Shown here: positions 7,932 through 17,895 of the stretch, in pieces
How positions within the stretch are numbered: position 1 is the first letter of the stretch
Layout of the letters: the number at the start of each line of letters is the position of its first letter
DNA from: Limisphaerales bacterium
GTDB lineage: Bacteria; Verrucomicrobiota; Verrucomicrobiia; Limisphaerales; SIBE01
Direction: 5' to 3'
NCBI GenBank assembly: GCA_044225505.1
Contig: JBGAIN010000066.1
Span: forward strand, 1 to 40,245
Length of the DNA stretch: 40,245 nt
Notes under the pieces: generated by a model
The model's input: the letters and a program-made list of their open reading frames with translations, nothing else
Told to the model about the DNA's origin: nothing
Databases searched by the model: none
Made by a program: the position numbers and the translations under genes

Positions 7932-8564
7932 GTGGAGACCTTAGAAGAAATCAAACAACGGGTAGAAGCGGCTATCCCTGGCGCGCAGGTCGAAATTGTG
8001 GCCAACGACTGTCCTTCCGGGCAGCGCTCTCTGTTGCTCACCGCATCGCATGGGCGCCAGGTTGCCGAGTTCCTGCGGGATGACCCGCAATTGCGCTTCG
8101 ATTATCTCTCCAACGCCACGGGCGTGGATTGGCCGGAACTGGTCACCAAAGAAAAGATCAAGGTAAAGAAACTGATCGACGGAGTGGAACAGCAGGTGGA
8201 AGAGACCGTTGAGCGGAAACGGCCAGCGTATCTCGAGGCGGTCTATCATCTCTATTCCATGGAGCTGAAGCACGGGCCGATCATCCTTCGGATGCGCACC
8301 GCGGATCGCAGCGTGCCTGCCCACTTGCCATCGCTAACACCCGTTTGGCGGGGTGCGGAGTTCCAGGAACGCGAGATCTACGACCTGTTTGGAATCGCGT
8401 TTGATGGACACCCGGACCTCCGTCGGATTCTCTTGTGGGAAGGGTATGTCGACCATCCCATGCGCAAAGATTACGTGGAACCGGACGATTACGAATGGGA
8501 ACCCACTCCTCACGATGAGGTCCTCGAACGCGCCAAACAGCGCGAGAAAGGCGTGAACCGATGA
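7932..8564 (+). CDS. nuoC: NADH-quinone oxidoreductase subunit C
   Basis: [24 protein letters not shown] and HPMRKDY motifs. The probable start is GTG 7932, and the stop overlaps the nuoD ATG (ATGA). Confidence 0.95.
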   Translation: METLEEIKQRVEAAIPGAQVEIVANDCPSGQRSLLLTASHGRQVAEFLRDDPQLRFDYLSNATGVDWPELVTKEKIKVKKLIDGVEQQVEETVERKRPAYLEAVYHLYSMELKHGPIILRMRTADRSVPAHLPSLTPVWRGAEFQEREIYDLFGIAFDGHPDLRRILLWEGYVDHPMRKDYVEPDDYEWEPTPHDEVLERAKQREKGVNR

Positions 8565-9742
8565 TTCGTCCCAACGGTGAACTGGACCCCGTCGGACCGG
8601 GCATGGAGCATCGCCTGATTGCTTCCAGTGACCTCGACGCCCCTGGGGATCAACTCGAGGTTTCGATGGGCCCGCAGCACCCATCGACGCACGGTGTCTT
8701 CCGCATGGACGTCGTCCTGGATGGCGAACGGGTGGTCTAGCTTAAGCCAGTATTTGGCTACCTCCATCGTAACCACGAAAAGATTGCCGAGACGGTGACT
8801 TATCTCGCCTCGATGCCTTACACCGATCGGCTCGATTACTTCTGTTCGCTGACCAATAACTGGGCCTACGCCCTGAGCGTGGAGAAGCTCGCGGGACTGC
8901 AAGTCCCGGAACGAGCCGAGTATATCCGGGTCATTACGGCGGAACTCACCCGCCTGCTCAACCATAGCTGCTTGATTGGCTTCCTGATGCAGGACATGGG
9001 CGCTTCTGGCACTCCGCTTATGTATGCGTTTCGCGAGCGGGAGAAAATCCTGGACCTGTTCGAGGCGCTCACCGGAGCGCGCATGATGTGCAATTACATG
9101 AGGTTCGGTGGCTGCCGCTGCGACCTCCCCGCGGGTTGGCTGGAACAAGCCCGGAAGGTCGTCGCGGATTATCCTCAATTCCTGGATGATTACGAGAGTT
9201 TGTTGGCTGAGAACGAAATCCTGATGGCGAGAACGCAGCACGTTGGGGTTTTGTCCAAGACACTGGCGGTGCAATCGAGCATGACCGGCCCGATGCTCCG
9301 AGCAAGCGGCGTCAACTACGATATTCGCAAGGTGGATCGCTACGGCATTTATGACCGGTTCCAGTTCCGAGTGCCGCTGGGAGATCATGGAGATGTCTAC
9401 GACCGCTACATGATCCGACTGCTCGAGATGCGCGAATCGGTCCGAATCCTGGAGCACGCGCTGCGCGACATTCCTGCGGGACCCATCGTCGACCCGAAAG
9501 CGAAGATCCGTGGGTTTCGTCCGAAGGCAGGAGAAGCGTATGGCCGCATCGAGTCGCCCAAAGGCGAGCTCGGCTTTTATCTGATCAGTGACGGCTCGCC
9601 CAACCCCTATCGATATCGCGTCCGGCCGCCCAGCTTAATTAATTTGACGGTCCTGGAGGACCTTTGCCTGGGTCACACCGTGGCGGATGTGGTGGTGATC
9701 CTGGGAAGCGTCGATATTGTCCTGGGTGAGGTGGACCGTTAG
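8561..9742 (+). pseudogene. nuoD: NADH-quinone oxidoreductase subunit D with one in-frame TAG at codon 60 (nonsense allele, base-call error or readthrough)
   Basis: From ATG 8561 it reads ...[38 protein letters not shown]..., with TAG at 8738-8740. The same frame continues to ...ESPKGELG...[11 protein letters not shown]. The gene identity is secure; its pseudogene status is not. Confidence 0.85.
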
Positions 9743-9799
9743 CCTTTGGTTGAGACGTTCCGGAAACCTGAGTTAATCGCAACCGCATCTAAACATCGC

Positions 9800-10465
9800 A
9801 TGCTAGGCAAAGGCATCGTCAAAGGTCTGGCCGAGACCGCGCGAAATTTCATTGGCAGCTACGTGGAAGCGGACCGCCTGACCACGGTGCAATATCCGGA
9901 GGAACGGTTGGCGCCGAAAGAAGCCGCCCGGAATTTCCCTTTTCTCGTCTTCGACGGCGATGATGCGATGAAGGGGCTCCGATGTGTCGCTTGCCAGATT
10001 TGCGAGAAGGAATGCCCGCCCCAGTGTATCTATATCGAAAAAGACACCAGTAAGAAACCGGACTACGTCGGCAAACTCCAGTTTCAACCGCGCGTGTTCG
10101 ATATCGATACGTCCGTTTGCATGAGCTGCCAAATCTGCGTGGAGGTCTGCCCGTTCGACGCCATTAAAATGGATACAACGTTTGAGCTGAGCGAGACCGA
10201 TCGATTCCAAGGGCTTCTGATGGATAAATACCGCTTGGCCAAGGCCAACGGCTATTACCACAAGATCCATCCGACCGAGGCCGCCGAAGTGGATGAGCGC
10301 CTGGCAGCGGAAAAGGCGAAAGTCGAAGCCAAAGCGAAGGCAGACGCGGAAGCCAAGGCCCGAGCCGCCGCGGCTCCGAAACCAGCCGCTCCGACCGCGG
10401 TCGCTTCGCCAGCTCCGGTGAAACCGACGCCGCCCGCGAAGCCCGAAGTGCCAGCGGCCTCTTGA
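9800..10465 (+). CDS. nuoI: NADH-quinone oxidoreductase subunit I (2x[4Fe-4S]) with Ala/Pro/Lys-rich tail
   Basis: TVQYPEE, CVACQICEKECP and CMSCQICVEVCPFDAI motifs. The probable start is ATG 9800. Confidence 0.95.
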   Translation: MLGKGIVKGLAETARNFIGSYVEADRLTTVQYPEERLAPKEAARNFPFLVFDGDDAMKGLRCVACQICEKECPPQCIYIEKDTSKKPDYVGKLQFQPRVFDIDTSVCMSCQICVEVCPFDAIKMDTTFELSETDRFQGLLMDKYRLAKANGYYHKIHPTEAAEVDERLAAEKAKVEAKAKADAEAKARAAAAPKPAAPTAVASPAPVKPTPPAKPEVPAAS

Positions 10466-10613
10466 GAGGCTTGCGGCGAAGCATCGTCCTGCGTCCAAGA
10501 CTCAATGGGTTGGATTTTGCATTCGCCAAGCTGCAGCAAAGCTTGATTTTGCCGCCGCCCCGCCCCACTCTCCCCGCCGACAAGTAAGTGTCACCGATTA
10601 CGACCCAGCCCTG

Positions 10614-11786
10614 ATGGATACGCTGGACCAGATTTTTGTCTTGTTAAAGCACGCGGTGGTGGGGCAGTTCCCCTTCGCGTGGCGTCCGGTCGTGTCGGCA
10701 ATCCTTTCGGTGGTGCCGCTCATGGCGGTGTTCCCTCTCCTCTTTGCCATTACGACCGTCCTGGAACGTAAGGGACTGGCTCGAATGCAAAATCGCTTGG
10801 GCCCGAACCGCGTCGGACCGTACGGTTTTCTGCAACCGATTGCGGATGGGATCAAATCCTTGACCAAGGAGGATATCGTGCCGCGTGCCGCAGACCAAGT
10901 CGTTCATTTCCTGGCGCCGGTGGTGCTTGTCATCCCGGTGTTTCTCGCGTTTGCCGTCCTGCCTTACGGGCGCAACATGGTGCCAATCGATCTCAATTGC
11001 GGCGTGCTTTTCTTTTTTGCCGTCGGTTCAGCCACAGAAATGTCCGTTTTCATGGCTGGATGGTCGAGCCGCAACAAGTATTCGCTCTTCGGCGCGATGC
11101 GCGCCATTGCCCAAATGATCAGCTACGAAATCCCGCTGATGCTTTCAGCCGTGCCGGTGCTGATGATGGTAGGGTCCCTATCCGCCGTCGACATTGTCGA
11201 AGCCCAAGAGAATCTCTCCGGCGGACTGGCTCATTGGCATGTGTTTACGCCGTGGGGGTTGTTGGGATTTTTCCTTTTCATGATTGCCGCGACCGCCGAA
11301 TCGAACCGTTCTCCGTTCGATATTCCTGAGGGCGAATCGGAAATTGTAGCGGGTTACTTCCTGGAGTATTCAGGGTTCAAATTCGCACTATTTTTCCTCG
11401 GCGAGTACTTGGGTATGTTTGCCACGAGCGCCCTGGGAATCACATTGTTCCTTGGCGGCTGGACAGCTCCAGCGAGTTTTCTGAACTGGGTCCCTTCGTA
11501 TCTTTGGTTTTTCGCAAAGCTATTAGCGTTGATCTGCGTATTCATCTGGGTTCGCGGGACTCTACCGCGATTGCGGATGGATCAGCTCATGAATTTTGCC
11601 TGGAAATTCATGCTGCCGATGGCTCTGATCAATATCGTGATTGCGGCGGTCTGGTTTTACATGGCTCCTGGGTGGGAGCGATGGCTGCTCTCAGCAGCGC
11701 TCGTCGTTGCGCCTTATGTCATGCTCGGCAAGGCGCTGGCGGCTGGGCGGAAACTCGCACAACGGACTTATCGCTTCGCGGATTGA
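10614..11786 (+). CDS. nuoH: NADH-quinone oxidoreductase subunit H
   Basis: ERKGLARMQNRLGPNRVGP, QPIADGIKSLTKED, AESNRSPFDIPEGESE and RGTLPRLRMDQ motifs. Confidence 0.97.
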   Translation: MDTLDQIFVLLKHAVVGQFPFAWRPVVSAILSVVPLMAVFPLLFAITTVLERKGLARMQNRLGPNRVGPYGFLQPIADGIKSLTKEDIVPRAADQVVHFLAPVVLVIPVFLAFAVLPYGRNMVPIDLNCGVLFFFAVGSATEMSVFMAGWSSRNKYSLFGAMRAIAQMISYEIPLMLSAVPVLMMVGSLSAVDIVEAQENLSGGLAHWHVFTPWGLLGFFLFMIAATAESNRSPFDIPEGESEIVAGYFLEYSGFKFALFFLGEYLGMFATSALGITLFLGGWTAPASFLNWVPSYLWFFAKLLALICVFIWVRGTLPRLRMDQLMNFAWKFMLPMALINIVIAAVWFYMAPGWERWLLSAALVVAPYVMLGKALAAGRKLAQRTYRFAD

Positions 11787-11815
11787 TCATGCGTCATTAT
11801 TTCCAGTCCTGAAAC

Positions 11816-12325
11816 ATGTCGACGGTCTTCTTATTGATTGCCGCGTTCACTTTGCTCAGCGCGATGGCGACTGTGAGCCTGCGCAACTTGGTCCATTGCG
11901 CACTCTTCGCCGCGCTGACGTTTGCCGGAATTGCGGCCATGTTTTTGAATCTGGGCGCGCAATTCATCGGTTTTGCCCAGGTTCTGGTCTACGTCGGAGC
12001 GGTCGCGATTTTAGTTGTGTTCGCCATTCTCTTAACGCACGGCCGCGGTTCCGCGATCGAAACGACACTTGCGCCCGCTTCATGGATTGGGCTGGCAGTC
12101 GCACTGCTGGTCGGACTGACGCTCGCTGGGGCGGTTCTGGGAACTTCCCTCCGGCACCGGGCCCCTCCCACCGAAACGACGTTGGAAAAAGCCGGAGAGA
12201 TCCGCCGCATCGGCGAGCAACTGATGACCGAGTTTGTCGTGCCCCTGGAGATTGTCGCACTCCTGCTCACTGCCGCCACGATCGGTGCGGTGATTATTGC
12301 CATGCAAGAGAAAGGTCGCCGCTGA
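11816..12325 (+). CDS. nuoJ: NADH-quinone oxidoreductase subunit J
   Basis: AQVLVYVGAVAILVVFAI and PLEIVALLLTAATIGA motifs. Confidence 0.95.
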   Translation: MSTVFLLIAAFTLLSAMATVSLRNLVHCALFAALTFAGIAAMFLNLGAQFIGFAQVLVYVGAVAILVVFAILLTHGRGSAIETTLAPASWIGLAVALLVGLTLAGAVLGTSLRHRAPPTETTLEKAGEIRRIGEQLMTEFVVPLEIVALLLTAATIGAVIIAMQEKGRR

Positions 12326-12636
12326 TGACCCCCCTCTCTGCTTACCTGCTTTTCTCGGTCATGCTGTTCGGCATCGGCTTGGCGGGCGCCTTGAGCCGGC
12401 GCAATGCCATTGTCGTCCTGATTGGGGTTGAGCTAATGCTTAACGCGGCCAACGTCAATTTCATCGCTTTCTGGCGATTCAGCGAACACCCTGAGGCGCT
12501 GAGCGGCTTGATCTTCGTGATTTTTTCCATCGCAGTGGCTGCAGCCGAGGCGGCGGTCGGACTGGCGCTAATCATTGCTGCCTATCGGCATTTTCAGAGC
12601 ACGAATCTTGATGAAATTAGCTCCATGAAAGGATGA
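12325..12636 (+). CDS. nuoK: NADH-quinone oxidoreductase subunit K
   Basis: RRNAIVVLIGVELMLNAAN and AAAEAAVGLAL motifs. ATG 12325 overlaps the nuoJ stop (TGATG). Confidence 0.95.
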   Translation: MTPLSAYLLFSVMLFGIGLAGALSRRNAIVVLIGVELMLNAANVNFIAFWRFSEHPEALSGLIFVIFSIAVAAAEAAVGLALIIAAYRHFQSTNLDEISSMKG

Positions 12637-12678
12637 GCCTCGTCGCCTCCATAACGTCCCGACGGAAAGGCCGGCCCG

Positions 12679-14745
12679 ATGCTTAAGGTCCTCTGGCTCA
12701 TCCCGGTACTCCCGCTGCTCGCCGCTGGCCTCACGGCGCTACTTCGGCAACGACACCGGACGCCCGCAGCCGCGCTGGCCATTGGATCCATGGCCATCTC
12801 GTTCCTTCTTTCATGCGGTGCGCTTTTCAGCACGTTCCAAACCGCGCCTGGAGAGCAGCATTTCTTCAATTTCCCCTGGTTTGAACTGGGAACGGGTGCG
12901 GTGCAGTTAGGCTGGGTCTTGGACCCGCTGACCGCCGTGATGTTAGTCATGGTGACTTTCGTCGGCAGCCTGATTTTCATCTACAGCTTCGGCTACATGG
13001 CCCACGACGAGAACGCGACGCGGTTCTTCTGCTTCCTCTCTCTGTTCGCCGCCGCCATGCTCGGCCTGATCATTGCCAACAGTCTGCTGCTGCTCTTCAT
13101 TTGTTGGGAATTGGTCGGGCTTGCTTCCTATCTCCTGATCGGTTTTTGGTATCATAAACCAAGCGCCGCGGCCGCTGCCAAGAAAGCGTTCATCACGACG
13201 CGCATTGGAGATATGGGACTGCTGTTAGGGATGGTGTGGCTCTATTCACAGACGGGCACGCTTCTGTTCTATGACGCAGGCAACGGGTGCTTGGAGCAAA
13301 CTGCGCTCACCCGCATGGCAACCCAAGTAACGTCCTTGGGCTTTGCCGTCTCCTCGGGCATTGCGCTTTTAATATTCTGTGGTGCGATGGGAAAATCGGG
13401 ACAGGTGCCGCTCCATGTCTGGTTGCCCGATGCCATGGAAGGACCGACGCCGGTCAGCGCGTTGATCCACGCCGCGACCATGGTCGCCGCGGGTGTTTTC
13501 CTGATGGCTCGAGTCTACCCGCTGCTGTCGGGTCACGGTGCTGTTCCCCACGAACACGGAGCCCCTGTGGTCTCGGAGGCGCTCAATGTCATTACGTGGG
13601 TGGGAGCGATCACGGCGGTGTTTGCCGCGTGCATTGCCGTCGCCCAGAATGACATCAAACGCATCCTCGCGTATTCCACCGTCTCTCAGTTGGGTTACAT
13701 GATGATGGGCTTGGGCGTCGGAGGCGTGGCCGTCGCCATGTTTCACCTGATCACCCACGCGTTCTTTAAAGCTTTGCTGTTCCTCGGATCGGGCTCAGTC
13801 ATTCACGGATGCCATGAAGAGCAAGACATCCGGCGCATGGGCGGATTGAAGAAGTATATGCCCGTGACGTTTGCCACCTACGCCGTCGGCATGATGGCGC
13901 TGGCGGGTGTGCCGCTTTTCTTTTCCGGTTTCTGGAGCAAAGACGAGATTCTGCACGCTGCCTATCGCTGGCCCAACTCGACGTGGCCGTTCTTACTAGG
14001 TCTATTTGGCGCGTTGCTCACGGCCTTTTACATGACTCGCCAAGTGGCCTATGTCTTTTTTGGCGACTATCGTTCAGGCAAAGCTGCGCATGGCCAGCAT
14101 CACGCTTCGCTACCTCATGAAAGCCCCTCCGTCATGACGCTACCGCTCATGATCCTTGCTGGATGCGCTGTCTTGCTTGGCTTCCTAGGCACTCCAGCCT
14201 GGCCGCTCTTTCAGGATTATCTTGAAGGCACGCGCGCGGAGGTTCATCTGGGCAACCTTTTCCAAGGCGAAACACTGCTGACCATGCTGGCGTCGATCCT
14301 CTGTGTCGCGCTCGGCATTGGCTTGGGTTGGCGCATCTACCTGTGCCGACCCATTCGGATCGCGGATTCCCTCGACCCGCTCGAGCGTTTACAGCCCGAA
14401 ATTTTCAACGTGTTGCGAAATAAATTCTTCGTCGATGAGTTCTATGAAGCGACGGTTGTTCGACTCAATGCATGGTGGGCCAGGACGAGCGATTGGTTCG
14501 ATCGCTTCGTCTGGAATGGCGTCGTCCAGGGAGTGTTTTTTCTCGTCCTGGGTAGCGCTTGGATCAACCGTTTGATTGACGAATACGTGGTGAACCTCGG
14601 ATTTGACCAAGGCTGTCGCGAGCTGCGCCGAGGCGGTCGCGGTTTGTCTCGAGCTCAATCCGGCCGAGTGCAACCCTATCTCCGAGTCGTCGGGATTGGC
14701 TTGGCCGTTCTGGTTGTCATTCTCACATGGAGGGCGCGCTCATGA
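12679..14745 (+). CDS. nuoL: NADH-quinone oxidoreductase subunit L with extended lateral helix
   Basis: WELVGLASYLLIGFW, GKSGQVPLHVWLPDAMEGPTPVSALIHAATMV and HAFFKALLF motifs; 688 aa. Confidence 0.97.
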   Translation: MLKVLWLIPVLPLLAAGLTALLRQRHRTPAAALAIGSMAISFLLSCGALFSTFQTAPGEQHFFNFPWFELGTGAVQLGWVLDPLTAVMLVMVTFVGSLIFIYSFGYMAHDENATRFFCFLSLFAAAMLGLIIANSLLLLFICWELVGLASYLLIGFWYHKPSAAAAAKKAFITTRIGDMGLLLGMVWLYSQTGTLLFYDAGNGCLEQTALTRMATQVTSLGFAVSSGIALLIFCGAMGKSGQVPLHVWLPDAMEGPTPVSALIHAATMVAAGVFLMARVYPLLSGHGAVPHEHGAPVVSEALNVITWVGAITAVFAACIAVAQNDIKRILAYSTVSQLGYMMMGLGVGGVAVAMFHLITHAFFKALLFLGSGSVIHGCHEEQDIRRMGGLKKYMPVTFATYAVGMMALAGVPLFFSGFWSKDEILHAAYRWPNSTWPFLLGLFGALLTAFYMTRQVAYVFFGDYRSGKAAHGQHHASLPHESPSVMTLPLMILAGCAVLLGFLGTPAWPLFQDYLEGTRAEVHLGNLFQGETLLTMLASILCVALGIGLGWRIYLCRPIRIADSLDPLERLQPEIFNVLRNKFFVDEFYEATVVRLNAWWARTSDWFDRFVWNGVVQGVFFLVLGSAWINRLIDEYVVNLGFDQGCRELRRGGRGLSRAQSGRVQPYLRVVGIGLAVLVVILTWRARS

Positions 14746-16286
14746 TCGGCCTTCTGACCTTGCTGACCCTCGTGCCGATTGTTGGTGGAATACTCCTGCT
14801 GATGCTCGGATCGGGATCATCGCGGACAGCTCGCCGCATCGCTCTTGGGACCAGCTTGCTCACGCTTGCGCTTACGATGGTCGCCTGGCAGCGATTCGAG
14901 CCTAGCACGGGTGCGATGCAACTGGTCGAGAGACATGCTTGGATCCCCGATCTGGGAGTCGATTATCATGTGGGACTGGACGGTCTGGGATTGTTAATGG
15001 TGTTGTTGACCGGACTCGTCGTCCCTATGGCAATCCTGGCAGCCGGACGGATTGAGCCTCAAGCCAACCTCTATCTGGCTTTTGTTCTGTTTCTTGAAGC
15101 CGGCTTGCTGGGCACCTTCACGGCACTGAACTTCTTCCATTGGTTCCTCTTTTGGGAACTAAGCTTGGTGCCGGCGTTTTTCTTGATCCGACTGTGGGGA
15201 GGCTCGGAGCGGGGTCCAGCCGCAACGCAGTTCTTTGTCTATACAATGGTCGGAAGCGTGGCAATGCTACTTGGTTTTGTGGCACTCTTCATTGCCGCTG
15301 GAACGTTTGATTTTGGACAACTGGCAGACCTGGCCCGAACCGGACAACTAGGGCCGATGCTCTCTGCAAAACTGGCACGGAACCAGTGGACCGCCTCCCA
15401 AACCTCGCTCGTGGTGTTTTGTGGTGTCCTCTTGGGATTTGCCGTCAAAGTTCCCCTCTTCCCGCTCCATACATGGCTCCCTACCGCATACGCGGAAGCG
15501 CCGAGCGCAACGACCATGCTCCTTACCGGATTGATGTCGAAGATGGGAGTCTATGGGTTTCTTCGTATTCTGCTGCCCATCTTCCCGGAGCAAACCCGTC
15601 AAATGCTCACCCCGCTGCTCTGGCTAACCGTGTTGACGATTGTTCTTTCAGCATTCGCCGCGTTTGCTCAGCGAGATCTCAAGAAGGTGCTGGCGTACTC
15701 TTCCATTAACCATCTCGGATACTGTTTGCTAGGGCTTTTTGCCGCCATGCAGAGCACCGGCGCGGCTCCGTCCATTGCTATTGAACGAGTCGCGGCGATG
15801 AACGGTGTTTTGCTCCAGATGTTTAATCATGGGCTTACCGCGTCCGCGTTATTCGGATTCATTGGCTTTCTCGAGCAACGTTCGGGTGGACTTCGCGGAT
15901 TGAACGACTTCGGCGGATTGCGCAAGGTAGTTCCGGTCTTTTGCGGGTTAATGGGGATCGCCCTGTTTTCATCCCTCGGATTGCCCGGCTTGAACGGGTT
16001 CGTCGGAGAGTTTCTGATTTTCAAAGGCGTTTTTCCTCTGGCCACTTGGGCAGCGTCACTCTCGACAGTCGGGCTGCTGGTAACGGCCGTATTCATTTTA
16101 ACGACGCTGCAGCGAGTATTTAGCGGCCCAGTAAACCAGAGGTGGGCGACGATGCCCGATCTGTCGCTCCAGGAGCGGCTCATAATGGCGCCGGCGATCG
16201 GACTGATGTTCGTTCTCGGAATCTATCCTCAATGCGCGATCGGTCTGTTTAACCGGACGGTGATGCAACTCGTGGAACGATTGTGA
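14742..16286 (+). CDS. nuoM: NADH-quinone oxidoreductase subunit M, copy 1
   Basis: FWELSLVP, FAVKVPLFPLHTWLP, LLTGLMSKMG and LGLPGLNGFVGE motifs. It has an ATGA overlap with nuoL. Confidence 0.93.
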   Translation: MIGLLTLLTLVPIVGGILLLMLGSGSSRTARRIALGTSLLTLALTMVAWQRFEPSTGAMQLVERHAWIPDLGVDYHVGLDGLGLLMVLLTGLVVPMAILAAGRIEPQANLYLAFVLFLEAGLLGTFTALNFFHWFLFWELSLVPAFFLIRLWGGSERGPAATQFFVYTMVGSVAMLLGFVALFIAAGTFDFGQLADLARTGQLGPMLSAKLARNQWTASQTSLVVFCGVLLGFAVKVPLFPLHTWLPTAYAEAPSATTMLLTGLMSKMGVYGFLRILLPIFPEQTRQMLTPLLWLTVLTIVLSAFAAFAQRDLKKVLAYSSINHLGYCLLGLFAAMQSTGAAPSIAIERVAAMNGVLLQMFNHGLTASALFGFIGFLEQRSGGLRGLNDFGGLRKVVPVFCGLMGIALFSSLGLPGLNGFVGEFLIFKGVFPLATWAASLSTVGLLVTAVFILTTLQRVFSGPVNQRWATMPDLSLQERLIMAPAIGLMFVLGIYPQCAIGLFNRTVMQLVERL

Positions 16287-16404
16287 AGTTACGCCCCATG
16301 AACCTCCGTAGCCATCGCCTCAATGTTCGCGCTTGCGCCTCACGAGAAACCGATGCGACGTCGACGCCCCGTCGATGGTTGAGTCCCTGGTCCACCGCAC
16401 ACTC

Positions 16405-17895
16405 ATGAGTCTCGCTTGGACTATTTATGTCTCGTTCGCGGGTGCCGCGATCCTAATGCTTCTCCCCCGGGATAGCGCGCAGACCGCGCGCGTGGTGGCC
16501 CTGGCAACAGGCTTCGTGGGACTCTTTCTCGCCGGCGCGGGTTTCTTGAACAACCCACCCGCTCTTACGACGTTCTGCAAAGTACCTTGGATTCCATCCC
16601 TCGGGATTTCTTACCACCTGGCCGTGGATGGGATCAGCTTGACCCTGGTCCTCCTGACCGGGATCGCATCGGTCTGCGGAATTCTGTTTTCCTGGAACGT
16701 CGAGCACCGCGCCAAAGAGTTTTTTGCGCTGTATCTGGCGTTGATCGGCGGCGTCTATGGCGTGTTTTTGAGTTTCGACGTCTTCCTTTTGTTCGTCTTT
16801 TACGAGTTGGCGATCATTCCGAAATACTTCCTCATTGCCATCTGGGGCTCGACCAATCGCAGCTACGGCGCGATGAAGTTGGCACTCTATTCGTTTATTG
16901 GGAGTGCCATGGTATTAATCGGGATTGTCGCTGCTTACGTCGCGGCGGGATCGCGAACGACGGACCTGCTCGAACTGGCCAGGTATCCGTTCCCGGAAAG
17001 CTTCCAGTATTGGGCATTTCCCCTTGTCTTCATTGGATTTGCGATCCTGGCAGGTTTGTGGCCTTTCCACACTTGGGCACCCACAGGCCACGTGGCTGCG
17101 CCGACGGCAGCTTCCATGCTTTTGGCCGGCGTTGTGATGAAACTCGGCGCCTATGGCGCTCTGCGGGTCGCGATGACTCTTTTCCCGGAGGGCCTGAAAG
17201 CGTGGCAAGGCGAAATCGCGATGCTGGCGGCCATTGGGATCGTCTACGGCGCGACTGTGGCCCTGGTGCAAAAGGATTTTAAGTTTGTCATTGGCTATTC
17301 GAGCGTGAGCCACATGGGATTCGTCGTGCTCGGCTTAATGACGATCAATCAAATCGGACTGAGCGGAGCCGTCTTACAGATGTTCTCCCACGGAATTATC
17401 GCTGGGCTGCTGTTCGGCGTGGTTGGGCGAATGGTCTACGACCGGACGCACACGCGTGAATTGTCGGTGTTGGAAGGAATGCAACTCGCCAAGGCGCTCC
17501 CATTCGCCTGTGTCACGTTTGTCATTGCCAGCGTCGCCTCGATGGGGCTGCCTGGGTTCAGTGGTTTCGTGGCTGAATTGCAGGTCTTAATCGGTGCCTG
17601 GCGGGCGTTTCCGCGGCTGACCATTCTGGTAGGTGTCGGGATTGTCATTGGTGTCGCCTACACCCTCCGGGCGATGCAAAAAGGCTTCTTTGGTGAACCT
17701 AGCGGATCGACCGCTCCAGCCCTTGGGCATCACGAACCGCTGGCACCGATATCGTTTCCAGAACGACTGGCTGGAGTAGTTCTGATGGGCACCAGCTTGG
17801 TGGTTGGTCTCTACCCGAGGGTACTCTTGGACTACATCGTTCCGAGTTTTAATGATCCTCTGTTTCAAGGCATGCGAAAGGCCGGATTGTGGTGA
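16405..17895 (+). CDS. nuoM: NADH-quinone oxidoreductase subunit M, copy 2
   Basis: FYELAIIPKY, WPFHTWAPTGHVAAP, LLAGVVMKLG, IGYSSVSHMG and MGLPGFSGFVAE motifs. The probable start is ATG 16405. Confidence 0.93.
   Translation: MSLAWTIYVSFAGAAILMLLPRDSAQTARVVALATGFVGLFLAGAGFLNNPPALTTFCKVPWIPSLGISYHLAVDGISLTLVLLTGIASVCGILFSWNVEHRAKEFFALYLALIGGVYGVFLSFDVFLLFVFYELAIIPKYFLIAIWGSTNRSYGAMKLALYSFIGSAMVLIGIVAAYVAAGSRTTDLLELARYPFPESFQYWAFPLVFIGFAILAGLWPFHTWAPTGHVAAPTAASMLLAGVVMKLGAYGALRVAMTLFPEGLKAWQGEIAMLAAIGIVYGATVALVQKDFKFVIGYSSVSHMGFVVLGLMTINQIGLSGAVLQMFSHGIIAGLLFGVVGRMVYDRTHTRELSVLEGMQLAKALPFACVTFVIASVASMGLPGFSGFVAELQVLIGAWRAFPRLTILVGVGIVIGVAYTLRAMQKGFFGEPSGSTAPALGHHEPLAPISFPERLAGVVLMGTSLVVGLYPRVLLDYIVPSFNDPLFQGMRKAGLW

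Noticed and set aside
8561..9742. Genome-wide TAG reassignment or selenocysteine in nuoD
   Set aside because: TAG terminates nuoB, nuoD, htpG and iolG at their expected ends. Sec uses TGA, and no pyl genes are in the window.
8795..9742. 315-aa ORF as the complete nuoD
   Set aside because: The conserved N-terminal GPQHPSTHG and GYLHR motifs lie upstream in the same frame, so the real start is 8561.
11641..12324. 228-aa N-terminal extension of NuoK in the ORF track
   Set aside because: It is an open-frame artefact overlapping nuoH and nuoJ. NuoK homology starts at ATG 12325.
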